64,000 nt of DNA from Eledone cirrhosa (lineage: Eukaryota): positions 28,024,001 through 28,088,000 of the forward strand of contig OZ024763.1 in NCBI GenBank assembly GCA_964016885.1, given 5' to 3'. A program made the translations under genes and the position numbers. Below are positions 40,390-54,216 of this stretch, one piece after another. Position 1 is the first letter of the stretch; each line of letters opens with the position of its first letter. The notes beneath the pieces are model-generated. The model had not been told where the DNA came from. It worked only from the letters and a program-made list of their open reading frames with translations, and searched no databases.

Positions 40390-41080
40390 CATATACAAAC
40401 AAATATATATATATATATATATATGCACACACACATACATATACATATATATATATATATATATACATACATATATACTGTATATGTATTATATAATAAT
40501 TTTTTTAAGAATAATTTTTCTTATTTATTTTAGAATTTAAACATCTTCTAAACTTTATTATTGTTCCTCATCTTAAAATGTAATTCTATTTATGTTTTAT
40601 ATATTTATCCCTTTTATATATATATATATTTTTTTTTTAGGGGGGGGGGGGCTAAATTTTTAACTTTCAGACGCATGAGAAAGAGAAGAATTAAGTAATG
40701 ATAATAACATGTGAGGGGGAGTGGGAGAGGGGCAGGGGAGAGGGGGAGAGAGAGAGAGAGAGAGAAGGCGAGATTTGGTGAGGGAGGGGGCGGATATATA
40801 GAGAGTGAGGCGGCAGAGAAGGAGAAAGTGAAGCAGAGAGAGAGAGGCAGAAAAGCAGAGAGAGAGAGAGAAGCAGAGAGAGAGAGAGAGAGAAGCAGAG
40901 AAAGAAAGAGAGAGAGAGAGAGAGGCGGTGGATTACACAAAAAAGAGATAAAAATTTTAAAAAATCACTAGAAAAAAACCTCAATAATTAAATAACTGAA
41001 AATTCCATTTTGAAGAGTGGAACAAAATTAAAACATCTGTAATAATAATAATAATAATAGTAATAATAATAATAATAATA

Positions 41081-41263
41081 ATTGTTTCTACTTTTGACAC
41101 AAGGCCAGCAATTACCCAGTACATTACTGGTACTTTATTTTATCGACCCCATAAGGATGAAAGGCAAAGTTAACCTCGGCGGGATTTGAACTCAGAATGG
41201 CAAGGGTCGTAACTCTATGCTTGAAAGCATGGTGTCCGACCCTCCACTGATACTGCCAATCCA
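41081..41263 (-). mobile_element. SINE family A
   Basis: Full-length match with a (TTA)n tail. Confidence 0.85.
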
Positions 41264-41633
41264 ATAACAATAATAATAATAATAACAATGATAATAATAA
41301 CAATAATAATAAAGAAAATGAAGGTGATGGGGTGGAGGAGAAAAGATTTTATGTTGTTTTATTATTTTTATTTTGGCCCTTTTTGTTCTTTCAATATTTG
41401 GAGAAAAATAAATTTAAAAACAAAATATATTTAATTTTTATCTCTTCTCTTCCAAATATTTTAACAGAGGTGTAATAAGAGGAGGAATTTAAGAGAAGGG
41501 TAGAGAGAGGGAGAGAGGGAAAGTAAGAGAGATCAAGTGGAGAGAGAGAGAGAGAGGGATCAAGTGGTAAGAGAGAGAGAGAGATAGAGAGGGGGAGAAA
41601 GAGAGATCGAGTTGTAAGATATATATATAAAAG

Positions 41634-41749
41634 ATGATGAAGGACTAGCGTCCGAAACGTTAAGACCCTCTTCCTGCTATATCAAGCATTAACCTAATAT
41701 ATACCTTCCATATACTGTACCAATTGAGTGGTTATTTCTGTTTACCTTT

Positions 41750-41752
<3 letters not shown>
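41634..41752 (+). mobile_element. Family P3 element, 5' truncated within the hammerhead core
   Basis: AUGAUGA-A-GGAC(UAGC)GUCC-GAAA-CG-UU-AAGA, then the ~90-nt 3' region shared with 30480-30575 and 39085-39170, then (TA)n. Confidence 0.65.
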
Positions 41753-41809
<57 letters not shown>

Positions 41810-41813
41810 TATA

Positions 41814-42075
41814 TTAGACAATCGATCTTCAAGATCCCAGACCTCATTTGCTTAATGAGCGGGATGGGGCTCGTCAAATCGGACCGAGGAAACAATGTTT
41901 CCATTGGTCTTTCCAATTGCTAATACTATCTGTCAGTCAGTCGCAACTCCAAGTAGAAGGAGCAATGTGAAATAAAGTGTCTTACTCAAGGGACATAATG
42001 CTTCGCTCGATCCAGGAATCGAACTCACAACCTCGACATTGTGAATCAAATTCTCTAACCACTCAGCCATGTGCC
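41814..42075 (-). mobile_element. SINE family D (family-B-like head, different tail)
   Basis: tRNA head plus CCTTGAGTAAGACACTTTATTTCACATTGCTCC, tail ...GAAGATCGATTGTCTAA(TA)n. Older copies at ~37641-37835 and ~34175-34350. Confidence 0.7.
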
Positions 42076-42179
42076 AAATATTTATATATATTAAAATTCG
42101 TGGGAAATTTATATTTTCTCACCTGTTTACATGCCTACATATTTATATACACAGGTTGTAGCATACATCTAGTGAAGCT

Positions 42180-42412
42180 TCCAGCCCACACTGTAAAATG
42201 GTCATGATGGTGACATGACAAAAAGCGCCCAGCCCACATTGTAAAGTGGTCATGTAGGAGTCATGACAAAAAGTGCCCAGCCCACACTGTAAAGTGGTTG
42301 TGATGGTGTCACGACAAAACGCACCCAGCCCACACTGTAAAGTGGTGGTGATGGTGTCATGACAAAACGCACCCAGCCCACACTGTAAAGTGGTAGTGAT
42401 GGTGTCACGACA
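42180..42412 (+). repeat. ~51-bp tandem repeat derived from the SINE B internal segment
   Basis: CCCAGCCCACACTGTAAAGTGG...GTCA(T/C)GACAAAA about 4-5 times. Confidence 0.7.
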
Positions 42413-42783
42413 AAGAGATAATGGTGTCACCCAGGAGAGATAAAGAAAGACAGAAAGTCAGAGGGATGGAGAGATGAGACCAAGAGAGAGAGAGAGAGAG
42501 AGAGAGAGAAAATAAGATTAAGTGGAGAGAAAGAGAGTGAGAACGAGGGAGGAAAAAAGGAGAGATTGAGAGAGAAAGATTGAGAGAGAAAGATTGAGAG
42601 AGAAAGAGAGAGAGTGGGAGGAAGAAAGAGAGAGAGGGGGGAGAGGGGGAGATAGAGAGGGGGAGAGAGAGGGGAGAGAGAGGGGGAGAGAGTGAGTGAT
42701 AGAGAGAGAGAGAGAAAGGGTCAGAGAGAAAGAGTGAGTGATAGAAAGAGAGAAAGAAAGAGAGAGTGAGAGAGCAAGGAAGG

Positions 42784-42823
<40 letters not shown>

Positions 42824-43008
42824 AAGGGCCAAAAAGAAAGTGTGAAAAGAGAGAGAGTGAGAGAGCAAAAAAAGGCCAAAGAAAGAGAGCAAGAAAGGGT
42901 CAGAAAGAGAGAGAGTGAAAGAGAGAGAGTGAGAGAGCAAAAAAGGGCCAAAGAAAGAGCAAGAAAGGGTCAGAGAGAGAGAGAGAGAAAGGGCCAAAAA
43001 GAAAGTGT

Positions 43009-43056
<48 letters not shown>

Positions 43057-43072
43057 GCCAAAAAGAAAGTGT

Positions 43073-43118
<46 letters not shown>

Positions 43119-43619
43119 GCCAAAATGAAAGAGAGTGAGAAAGATAGAGATTAAAAGAAAGAGAGTGAGAGAAACATAGGAAAAGTAATTTTAAGTCAAG
43201 ATACTCAACAACCAGTAACATTAAATAAGATAATAAACAAAAGATAAAATTAAAAGAATAATTTTTTAAAAACTTCCCAATAATAATTGTATGTTGGCTA
43301 TTTTCTGCTGATAACCTACTACCCCACCATTTCACTGATCCCACTGTCTCCTCTACCATCCAATACAAATAAATGGATATCAGGAGTGTTGCTGGAACAC
43401 ACACTACTACAATGATATAACATTTGCTTCATTCATTCATTCATCATCATCATCAGCAGCAGCAGCACTGTCATCTGTACCAGTAATATTATTATTATTA
43501 TCATCATCATCATCATGACTACTGCTACCATTATCAACCACTATCACTAAGAATGTTAGCATAGTATGTGTGTATATGCACATACATACATACATATTAT
43601 ATATATATATATATAAATA

Positions 43620-43668
<49 letters not shown>

Positions 43669-43687
43669 GTGTGTATATATATATATG

Positions 43688-43790
<103 letters not shown>

Positions 43791-43878
43791 GTATGTATAT
43801 GTATATATATATGTATATTTATATATATATATATGTATATATATATATACACATGCATATATGTACACACACACGCAC

Positions 43879-43937
<59 letters not shown>

Positions 43938-45232
43938 CCTATTTACATACATACACACACACACCAACAATAACATCACCAACAACACCACCGCAAACAA
44001 GACCAACAAAACCAACACCACCACCACCATCAACACCAACAACCACCACCACCACCACCAACAACAACAACACCAACAATTTGCCAGAAAGAACAAGAAG
44101 GGTGATGACAGCTGAATAAAGCAAAAGAAAGAAAGGAGGAAAGAAAGAAAGGAAAGAAAGGTAGGAGGAAAGAAAGAAAGGAAAGAAAGGTAGAGGAAAG
44201 AAAGAAAGAAAGACAGTAATTCTACCAAACACCTGCCACAATGGTGGCCTTCTTCCCTGTTTTAGCAGAGTTTTTTTAATTTTAAAAAATTTCATTTATT
44301 TTATTTTATTATATTATATATATTTTTTAATCTATATTTATTTTTTATTTGAATTTTATATTTTATTTCATGTAGTTGCCTTTTATACACTTTCCCCCCT
44401 CTCAATCCCCCCCTCTCTTTCTCTCACTCTTTCTTTATCCATCTTTCCATCTCACTCTTTCTCTTTCTCTTTCCATCTCTCTCCATCTCTCTCTCTCTCC
44501 ATTCCTTTCTCTCTCTCTCTCTCACTCTTTCTTTATCCATCTTTCCATCTCTCTCTTTCTCTTCCACTCTCCATCTCTCTCTCACTCTCTCTCTCCATTC
44601 CTTTCTTTCTCTCTCACTCTTTCTTTATCCATCTTTCCATCTCTCTCTTTCTCTTCCACTCTCCATCTCTCTCTCTCCATTCCTTTCTCTCTCTCTCTCT
44701 CTTTCTTTATTCATCTTTCCATCTCTCTCTTTCTCTTCCACTCTCCATCTCTCTCTCTCCATTCCTTTCTCTCTCTCTCGCTCACTCTTTCTTTATCCAT
44801 CTTTCCATCTCTCTCTTTCTCTTCCACTCTCACTCTCTCTCTCTCCATTCCTTTCTCTCTCTCTCACTCTTTCTTTATCCATCTTTCTATCTCTCTCTTT
44901 CTCTCTCTCTCCATCTCTCTTAATCATTAACTCTTTCTCTCCATCTCTCTCTCTCTCTCACTATATATATATATATATATATATTATCTCACTCTTTCTC
45001 TCTGTATCTCTATCAATCTTTCACTGCTTTTCTCTCTCACACTCTCTCTCTCTCCCCCTTCTCCCCCTCTCTAAACACAATTACACACATACTCAGAGAA
45101 AACCCAACTTCAATTTTCAACAGAAAAATTCTATGAACCAAAAAAAAAAAAAAAAAACACACCAAAAAAATGTAAAATGTAAATAAAAAATATAAACAAA
45201 CACCAAAACAACAACAAACAAAAACAACAACC

Positions 45233-45264
<32 letters not shown>

Positions 45265-45375
45265 AACAACAATGGCATCTGCAGCAAGTGCATTATCAGT
45301 AGCAAGAGCACCACAACCTTCATCATCATCACCATCAACAGCACTATTATTATTATTATCATCATTGTCATCACT

Positions 45376-45406
<31 letters not shown>

Positions 45407-46452
45407 CCATCCCCTTCATTACTATCATTGTCATTCTCCTCTTCATCACTATCATCATCATCATCATATTGCCATCATTATCCTCATCAACATCACTATC
45501 ATTATCATCATTATATGCAACAGCTTCAGAATCATCATCATCATCATCATCATCACCATCATCACCATCACCATCACCATTGTTGTTATCATGGTCTTCA
45601 TTATTAACATATTCCCCTATATTACCATCATCCTCATCACCATCACCATCACAATCACCATCACCATCATCACAATCATCATCACCATCATCATCACCAT
45701 TGTTGTTGTCATGGTCATTTTCATTATTGTTGAAATTCTCTTCATTATTATTCATTATCATCAGCATCCCTGATATCATCATCACCATCATCATCACCAT
45801 CATCATCAATATCACCAATGCCAACACCATCACCATCAACATCATCATCATCATCAACATCATCATGGTTATCTTCATTATTGTTGAAATTGTCTTTATT
45901 ATCATTCCCGAATTGTCATCATCATCATCTTCATTATTATCATATTCCCCTATATCATCACCATCATCATCATCATCATCATCATCGCCGTCGTCATGGT
46001 TATCTTTGCTATTGTTGAAATTGTCTTTATTATCATCCCCGCTACCATCATCACCATTATCTTCATTATTAACATATTCCCCTATATCATCCTCATCATC
46101 TCATCACATCACCACCATCACCATCATCACCATCACATCATCACCATCACCATCACCATCACCACCATCACCCCCACCACGTCTCCACCATCACCACCAT
46201 CACCATCACATCACCACCATCACCTTCACCACCATCACGTCTCCACCATCACCATCATCATCACACCATCACATCACCATCATCATCGTCGACGCGGTCA
46301 TCTTTATTATTGTTGAAATTGTCTTCCTTATCATATTCCCGATGACACCATCATCATCTTCATTGTTAACATATTCCTCTATATGATCAACACCATCACC
46401 ATCATGATCATCTTTATTATTGTTGAAATTGTCTTCAGCATCATCATCACCG

Positions 46453-47929
46453 TTTTTACGTCCGTTCTTCCACGCTAGCATGGGTTAGACGGGTTGTCCT
46501 GTTGTGGACAGTGTCCGGGTCGGCTGACCTTGTCTTGCTCATACGGGAACTGATTCTGGCTTGATTTCTACAGCTGGATGCCCTTCCTAACACCAACCTC
46601 ATTTACAGTGAGTGCTGGGTGCTTTTTCGCCGTGGTACCTCCACGACCCCTTTACAGTGAGTGCTGGGTGCTTTTTCGCCGTGGTACCTCCACGACCCCT
46701 TTACAGTGAGTGCTGGGTGCTTTTTCGCCGTGGTACCTCCACGACCCCTTTACAGTGAGTGCTGGGTGCTTTTTCGCCGTGGTACCTCCACGACCCCTTT
46801 ACAGTGAGTGCTGGGTGCTTTTTCGCCGTGGTACCTCCACGACCCCTTTACAGTGAGTGCTGGGTGCTTTTTCGCCGTGGTACCTCCACGACCCCTTTAC
46901 AGTGAGTGCTGGGTGCTTTTTCGCCGTGGTACCTCCGCGACCCCTTTACAGTGAGTGCTGGGTGCTTTTTCGCCGTGGTACCTCCACGACCCCTTTACAG
47001 TGAGTGCTGGGTGCTTTTTCGCCATGGTACCTCCACGACCCCTTTACAGTGAGTGCTGGGTGCTTTTTCGCCGTGGTACCTCCACGACCCCTTTACAGTG
47101 AGTGCTGGGTGCTTTTTTGCCATGGTACCTCCACGACCCCTTTACAGTGAGTGCTGGGTGCTTTTTCGCCATGGTACCTCCACGACCCCTTTACAGTGAG
47201 TGCTGGGTGCTTTTTCGCCGTGGTACCTCCGCGACCCCTTTACAGTGAGTGCTGGGTGCTTTTTCGCCGTGGTACCTCCACGACCCCTTTACAGTGAGTG
47301 CTGGGTGCTTTTTCGCCGTGGTACCTCCACGACCCCTTTACAGTGAGTGCTGGGTGCTTTTTCGCCGTGGTACCTCCACGACCCCTTTACAGTGAGTGCT
47401 GGGTGCTTTTTCGCCGTGGTACCTCCGCGACCCCTTTACAGTGAGTGCTGGGTGCTTTTTCGCCGTGGTACCTCCACGACCCCTTTACAGTGAGTGCTGG
47501 GTGCTTTTTCGCCATGGTACCTCCACGACCCCTTTACAGTGAGTGCTGGGTGCTTTTTCGCCGTGGTACCTCCACGACCCCTTTACAGTGAGTGCTGGGT
47601 GCTTTTTCGCCATGGTACCTCCACGACCCCTTTACAGTGAGTGCTGGGTGCTTTTTTTCCGTGGCGCCTACACGTCCACTTTACAGTGAGTGCTGGGTGC
47701 TTTTCTGCCGTGGCGCCTACACGTCCACTTTACAGTGAGTGCTGGGTGCTTTTTTTGCCGTGGCACCTACACGACCCAGTCCCTATTATCTCATTTCTAC
47801 AGCTGAGTAAACTGGAGCAACGTGAAATAAAGTGTCTTGCTCAAGGAAACAACACATCTCCCGGCCCGAGAATTGAACTCACAACCTTTTGATTGCAGGC
47901 CCAATGCTTTAACCACTAAGCGATGTGCC
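46453..47929 (-). mobile_element. SINE family B expanded by an internal 49-bp satellite
   Basis: Intact tail (46453-46601) and head (47777-47929) flank the array. Confidence 0.88.
46602..47776. repeat. 49-bp satellite, 24 copies
   Basis: Unit TTTACAGTGAGTGCTGGGTGCTTTTTCGCCGTGGTACCTCCACGACCCC; starts 46602, 46651 ... 47729. Confidence 0.97.
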
Positions 47930-48250
47930 ATCATCATCTTCATTATTAACATATCCCCCTATATCACCATCACCATCATTGTCGTTAATGGTTGCAAACA
48001 AAGAAACCAACAGTTAGCCAACAAGTCTTACTATATAATTCTTCTCTAACAGTATTTCAACAACAACAACAACAACAACAACCACAACCACCACCTCCAA
48101 AAATGCCTTAATCATCATCATCATCATCATCATCAACAATAGCAACAACACCAATGTCATTATTGCTAACACCATTGTCATTACCAATTGCAGGAATAGA
48201 GGAAACGTTTGTGGAAAGAAGGACTGAGAACCAAACACCGAAACATTCAA

Positions 48251-48686
48251 TCTAAACTATAATAAAGTAAGGAGTGTGGGACTGCGTACGGAATAGATTT
48301 TTTTATCCCGTTAGTAAAATAAGTTGGATTACTTTGAATAAATAATCAATGAATATTACATAATTTATCTACTAAATTTCATTATTTTTGATTAAATATA
48401 AATAATTTTGTCGCTTATTTTAAGATTCACTTCTTCAAAATTTTGAAATGTCAACACTTCTGGTTAGCGATCGCTTAAATAAACATTCAGATATTTCCGT
48501 CAATGGATTACGTTACTGATTACATGAGACAGTGTAACGCAGTCTTCATTCATTTTCTGTGTATATTGTCAATTACGATTTTATTTGATGTATCATATCT
48601 ACATGTATATATACTTGCGTATAATATCAATATACACACTACACGTGCTAGCAGAAAAACCACACATAGGGTGGTTTTTCTGCTAG
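48251..48686 (+). mobile_element. Non-autonomous Helitron (436 bp)
   Basis: A|TCTAAACTATAATAAAG 5' end, CTAG|T 3' end, no TSD, terminal 16-bp hairpin. Confidence 0.7.
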
Positions 48687-48691
48687 TAAGT

Positions 48692-48894
48692 TTAACCCTT
48701 TCATGATAAAGGGTTTATCTTACATAATTATCTTACATAATATCTAATCTGTGAAATTTTGATATAACATATTTTGAGAACGATACATTAACATCAGTAT
48801 GACTGGCCGGTTACAGCCGGTTGCAGCTGGTTTGAACTGAAAAAGGTGAGAAAATTCTGGCCGGATATGGCCGTGTTAAATGCTAAAGGGTTAA
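48692..48894 (+). mobile_element. piggyBac-type MITE family 1
   Basis: TTAACCCTTT...TAAATGCTAAAGGGTTAA. Confidence 0.75.
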
Positions 48895-49079
48895 ACCTAA
48901 ACAACAACAACAGCAACGATATTTCTACATTAAGCACAAGGCCAACAATTTAAGGGAAGGGGAAGTCGATTAAATCAGCCCCAGTACATTACTGGTACTT
49001 TATTTTATCGACCCCGTAAGGATGAAAGCTGAAGTTAACCTCGGCGGGATTTGAACTCAGATCATAAAGAGCCAAAGCT

Positions 49080-49095
49080 GCTACTACTACTATTG

Positions 49096-49129
<34 letters not shown>

Positions 49130-49217
49130 CACTACTACTACTATTACCACTAGTATTGTTGTTGCTGCTGCTGCTATTAATACTAATGCTACTAATACAA
49201 CCAACACTACTGTTGCG

Positions 49218-49251
<34 letters not shown>

Positions 49252-49331
49252 TTACCACTAGTATTGTTGTTGCTGCTGCTGCTGCTATTAATACTAATGC
49301 TACTAATACAACCAAAACTACTGTTGCTACG

Positions 49332-49368
<37 letters not shown>

Positions 49369-49575
49369 TTACCACTAGTATTGTTGTTGCTGCTGCTGCT
49401 ATTAATACTAATGCTACTAATACAACCAACACTACTGTTGCGACTACTATTACTACTACTACTACTATTACCACTAGTATTGTTGCTGCCGCTGTTGCTA
49501 TTACTACTAATGCTACTAATACAACCAACACTACTGTTGCTACGACTACTACTACTACTACTACTACTACTGCTA
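49080..49575. repeat. ~120-bp compound trinucleotide tandem repeat, ~4 copies
   Basis: (CTA)n-TTACCACTAGTATTG-(TTG/CTG)n-...TACAACCAACACTACTGTTG. Confidence 0.85.
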
Positions 49576-50169
49576 GAATCATTACTCCCACCACCAACAC
49601 TACCACAACTAATTCTAGAACAGCAGCACTAACAACTACTACAAGAGCACAACAACACTAACAACAACATTAACAACTGCAACTACAACACAACCAAAAC
49701 CACATTTCAAAATGTAAAATATTAAAAGAACAACATCAATAACCCCACCACCACTACACCACGACCACCACACCACCACCACCACCACACCACCACTACA
49801 CCACCACCACCACACCACCATCACTACACCACCATCACCACACCACCACTACACCACTACCACACCACCATACCACCACCACACCACCATCACCACACCA
49901 CCACCATCACCACCACCACCACACCACCACCACCACTACACCACCACCATCACACCACCACACCACCACCACACCACCACCACACCACCACACCACCACC
50001 ACACCACCACACCACCACCACCACCACAAACAACAACAGCAAGAGAATATGAAAAGACAAACAGACAGACAAGAAGCCATAGAAAATACCTTTAGATATA
50101 CAACTAGAAAAAATATAATACATACATACAAGTGTACATACGCACACACACACATGTATATATACACAT

Positions 50170-50204
<35 letters not shown>

Positions 50205-50211
50205 CACAAAT

Positions 50212-50254
<43 letters not shown>

Positions 50255-50557
50255 AATACACACACACACATATATATATACATACAAATACACACCCACA
50301 CACATATATATACACAAATACACACACACAAACACATATATATACACAAATACACACACACACATATATATATACATACAAATACACACCCACACACATA
50401 TATATACACAAACACACACACACATATATATATATACACAAAAGTACACACACACACAGCTAAATTTAATATAAAATAAAATACATTTTAATTTATTTTA
50501 TTCCCTTTCACTTAATATTATTATTACTATTATTGTTATTATTGTTATTATTAAATG

Positions 50558-50592
<35 letters not shown>

Positions 50593-50729
50593 CTTTCTTT
50601 TTTCATTTTCAAATCTATTTTAATGCCAGCTGCTAAAAGGTATTTTATCTTTTTATCCATTATCAAATTTGCTCAGTGTGAAATTGGAGAGATGTATGCA
50701 TATGTGTGTGTATATACATATATATATAT

Positions 50730-50777
<48 letters not shown>

Positions 50778-50819
50778 GTATGTATGTGTATATATATATA
50801 TATGTATGGATGTGTATGT

Positions 50820-50961
<142 letters not shown>

Positions 50962-51000
50962 ATATATATATATGTATGGATGTGTATGTACACACATATA

Positions 51001-51061
<61 letters not shown>

Positions 51062-51240
51062 ATGTACATATATATATATATATATATATGTATGTGTATG
51101 TACATATATATATATATGTATGTATATATATATATATGTATGTATATATATATATATATATGTATGTGTATGTACATATATATATATATGTATGTGTATG
51201 TACATATATATATATATGTATGTATATATATATATATGTA

Positions 51241-51273
<33 letters not shown>

Positions 51274-51414
51274 ATATATATATATGTATGCATGTGAATA
51301 TATGCACACATTTACATATAAACACATGCATGTAACATACATATACATCACCATCATTATCATCTTTATCACCATCTAACGCCTAGTTTCTATGCTTGTG
51401 TTTGTGTATATACA

Positions 51415-51473
<59 letters not shown>

Positions 51474-51538
51474 GTATTATAAAGTGAAATGACAGGAGGC
51501 CAAATATGTTGAATTTCCTTAATTATTTATTGCTGCAG

Positions 51539-51596
51539 ACACTATGCACATTTCAGTGGTCAGGTTGCGTAATAATCCGGTGACATCTTCAGGTGT
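51539..51596 (-). ncRNA. Type I hammerhead ribozyme motif (Penelope-like), Eph sense strand
   Basis: ACAC-CUGAAGA-U-GUCA...UGAC-CACU-GAAA-UGUGCA-UA-GUGU; AATAAA follows at 51526-51531 (minus strand). Confidence 0.6.
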
Positions 51597-51721
51597 AAAT
51601 TGCATATAGTTGTATACCAACGGAATGATGGTAAACTTTAAGGAAACAAGCAAAGAAAAAACAGAGACGAATGGAGCAGCATGTTTTTACAATGCCTTGC
51701 TGTCTCATATACATATACAAT

Positions 51722-51888
51722 GAGGATGAAGAACTCAGAGCTGTACGGGAGCCTCCCAAAAGTCAGCTCAAGAGTAGCACAGAGAAGACTGAGGTTAGCT
51801 GGACATGCTCACCGTCATCCAGAGTCGACACTGCACCCAGTGCTCCTGTGGGAGCCCCTGCATGGACACACTAGAAGAGGGAGACCGA

Positions 51889-51923
<35 letters not shown>

Positions 51924-52431
51924 CACAGAGGAGACTGAGGTTAGCTGGACATGCTCACCGACATCCAGAGTTGACACTGCACTCAGTGCTCCTGTGGGAG
52001 CCCCTGCATGGACACACTAGAAGAGGGAGACCGAGGATATATATATATATAGTGACACAGAGGAGACTGAGGTTAGCTGGACATGATCACCGACATCCAG
52101 AGTTGACACTGCACTCAGTGCTCCTGTGGGAGCCTCTGCATGGACACACTGGAAAAGGGAGACCGAGGATATATATATATATATAGTGACACAGAGGAGA
52201 CTGAGGTTAGCTGGACATGCTCACCGACATCCAGAGTTGACACTGCACTCAGTGCTCCGGTGGGAGCCCCTCCATGGACACACTGGAAGAGAAAGACCGA
52301 GGTTGACACATGTTGATGCCCTAAGGACAGACACTGGTCTCTTGCAGACGCAGGACATGGCAGCGATAATGAGGGACAGAGACCACTGGGGAGAACTCAT
52401 CCATGGATCTCGAGAATTTTACCTGCCCTAG
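51722..52431 (+). pseudogene. RTE-clade LINE 3' fragment with a fourfold repeated segment
   Basis: ELYGSLPKVS..QRRLRLAGHAHRHPE..LLWEPLHGHTRRGRPRLTHVDALRTDTG..MRDRDHW is a typical RTE ORF C-terminus; stop at ~52429, then (TG)n. Confidence 0.85.
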
Positions 52432-52433
52432 AC

Positions 52434-52476
<43 letters not shown>

Positions 52477-53004
52477 ATGAATTTGGGGGGATTTGTTATA
52501 CTAAAATAAATAATTATTTCATTAATAAGATGATAGTAATGATGGTGTTGATGATAATGAAGCTGTTGGTAATGATCATGATGGTGATGATGACGGTGCA
52601 GATGGTGAGGATAGTGGTGATGACGATGATGATGGCGGCCATAATAGTTTTCATCAATATGGTGACGGTGATGGCGATGATGATGATGGTGATGTTCACG
52701 ACGATGATGATGATGTCGATGATGGTGATGATGATTATGGTGACAATGATGGTGATGATGGTGAGATGGTGGGGACAATGATGGTGTTGATCATTATGGT
52801 GATAATGACGATGTTGATGATGACAGTGGTGATGATGATGATGATGGTGACCTATTTATTTATGAAGTATAGAATAAGGGGAAGTGGGGCCATGCCAGGG
52901 GCATCAGGCTGCCCCCTAAATCAAAAACTACATTTTTGATTGTGAAATTCATTTAGGCTTGAAAATTAAAATTAAAATTGAAAATACAATTTTCTTTAAT
53001 TAAC

Positions 53005-53585
53005 CGTCTCCAATCAAGTGAGGCCAAACCAAGCCATCTTCATCAGCATCATCATCATCATCACCACCATCTATCAAGTGAGGCCAAACCAAGCCATAAC
53101 CATCACCATTATCACCACCACCACCACCACCACCACCACAATCTCCAATCAGGTGTGACCAAGCCAAGCCATCACCATCACCACCATCTATCAAGTGAGG
53201 CCAAACCAAGCCATAACCATCACTATCATCACCACGACCATCACCACCACAATCTCCAATCAGGTGAGACCAAGCCAAGCCATCACTATCAGCATCATCA
53301 TCATCACCACCACCATCTATCAAGTGAGGCCAAACCAAGCCATAACCATCAGCAACACCACCACCACCACCATCATCACCACCACAATCTCTAATCAGGT
53401 GAGACCAAGCCAAGCCATCACCATCACCATCGTCAACATCATCATCACGATCACCACCATCACGATCACCACCATCACCACCATCATCTATGAAGCGAGG
53501 CCAAACCAAGCTATCACCATCATCACCATCACCATCACTATCATCACCACCATCTCCAATCAGGTGAGGCCAAGCCAAGTCATCA
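53005..53585. repeat. Alternating two-motif repeat with variable (CAC/CAT)n spacers
   Basis: TCTATCAAGTGAGGCCAAACCAAGCCAT and TCTCCAATCAGGTGAGACCAAGCCAAGCCAT alternate, ~9 motifs. Confidence 0.85.
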
Positions 53586-54216
53586 CCATCACCATCATCA
53601 CCGCCACCACCATCATTACCAACAGTAGTAGTTGTGGGTGGTTGTGGTGTCGGTGTTTGTTATGTTGGTGGTGGTGATGGTGGTAATGGTAGAGGTAGTG
53701 ATGGTGGTGGTGGTGGTGATGATTATGCTGGTGATGATGATGGTGATAGTGACAGTGGTGATGATAGCAATCCTGATGATAATGTTACGCACCACCACCA
53801 CCACCACCACCTGACTCTTGACCCCTGACCACGATCAAGGACACATAACTCTGCATGCTCTAGTATGTCTGACTGATGACATAACTCCCTTCACACCTAC
53901 TCTACCACCCCAGCCAGTTCATAGTTGAGTAATTTAGAGGGGGGGGGGAATGAGCATCTGGAATGGCAGTAAAGACAACACCTCCCCATAAAATAGTCTC
54001 CTTTATCTGCCCTGTCACCAGCCAAAAATCATCACCATCACCACCATATCATCATCACCATTATCATCATTTTAAGAGCATTCAGATTAAAACCATCCCT
54101 GTCTCTGATTTTGTGCTGAAAAGCTATTTGTTTTAGAATGATAATCTTTATCTAAAACCCTTTTCTTTATAATTTTATGTAATATCCTTTTTGAGGTGAC
54201 GTTCCAGACACCAGCT

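Noticed and set aside
53005-53585. CRISPR-like repeat/spacer appearance (also the 44-, 49- and 80-bp arrays)
   Set aside because: Spacers are microsatellites or absent; no cas genes; eukaryotic intron.
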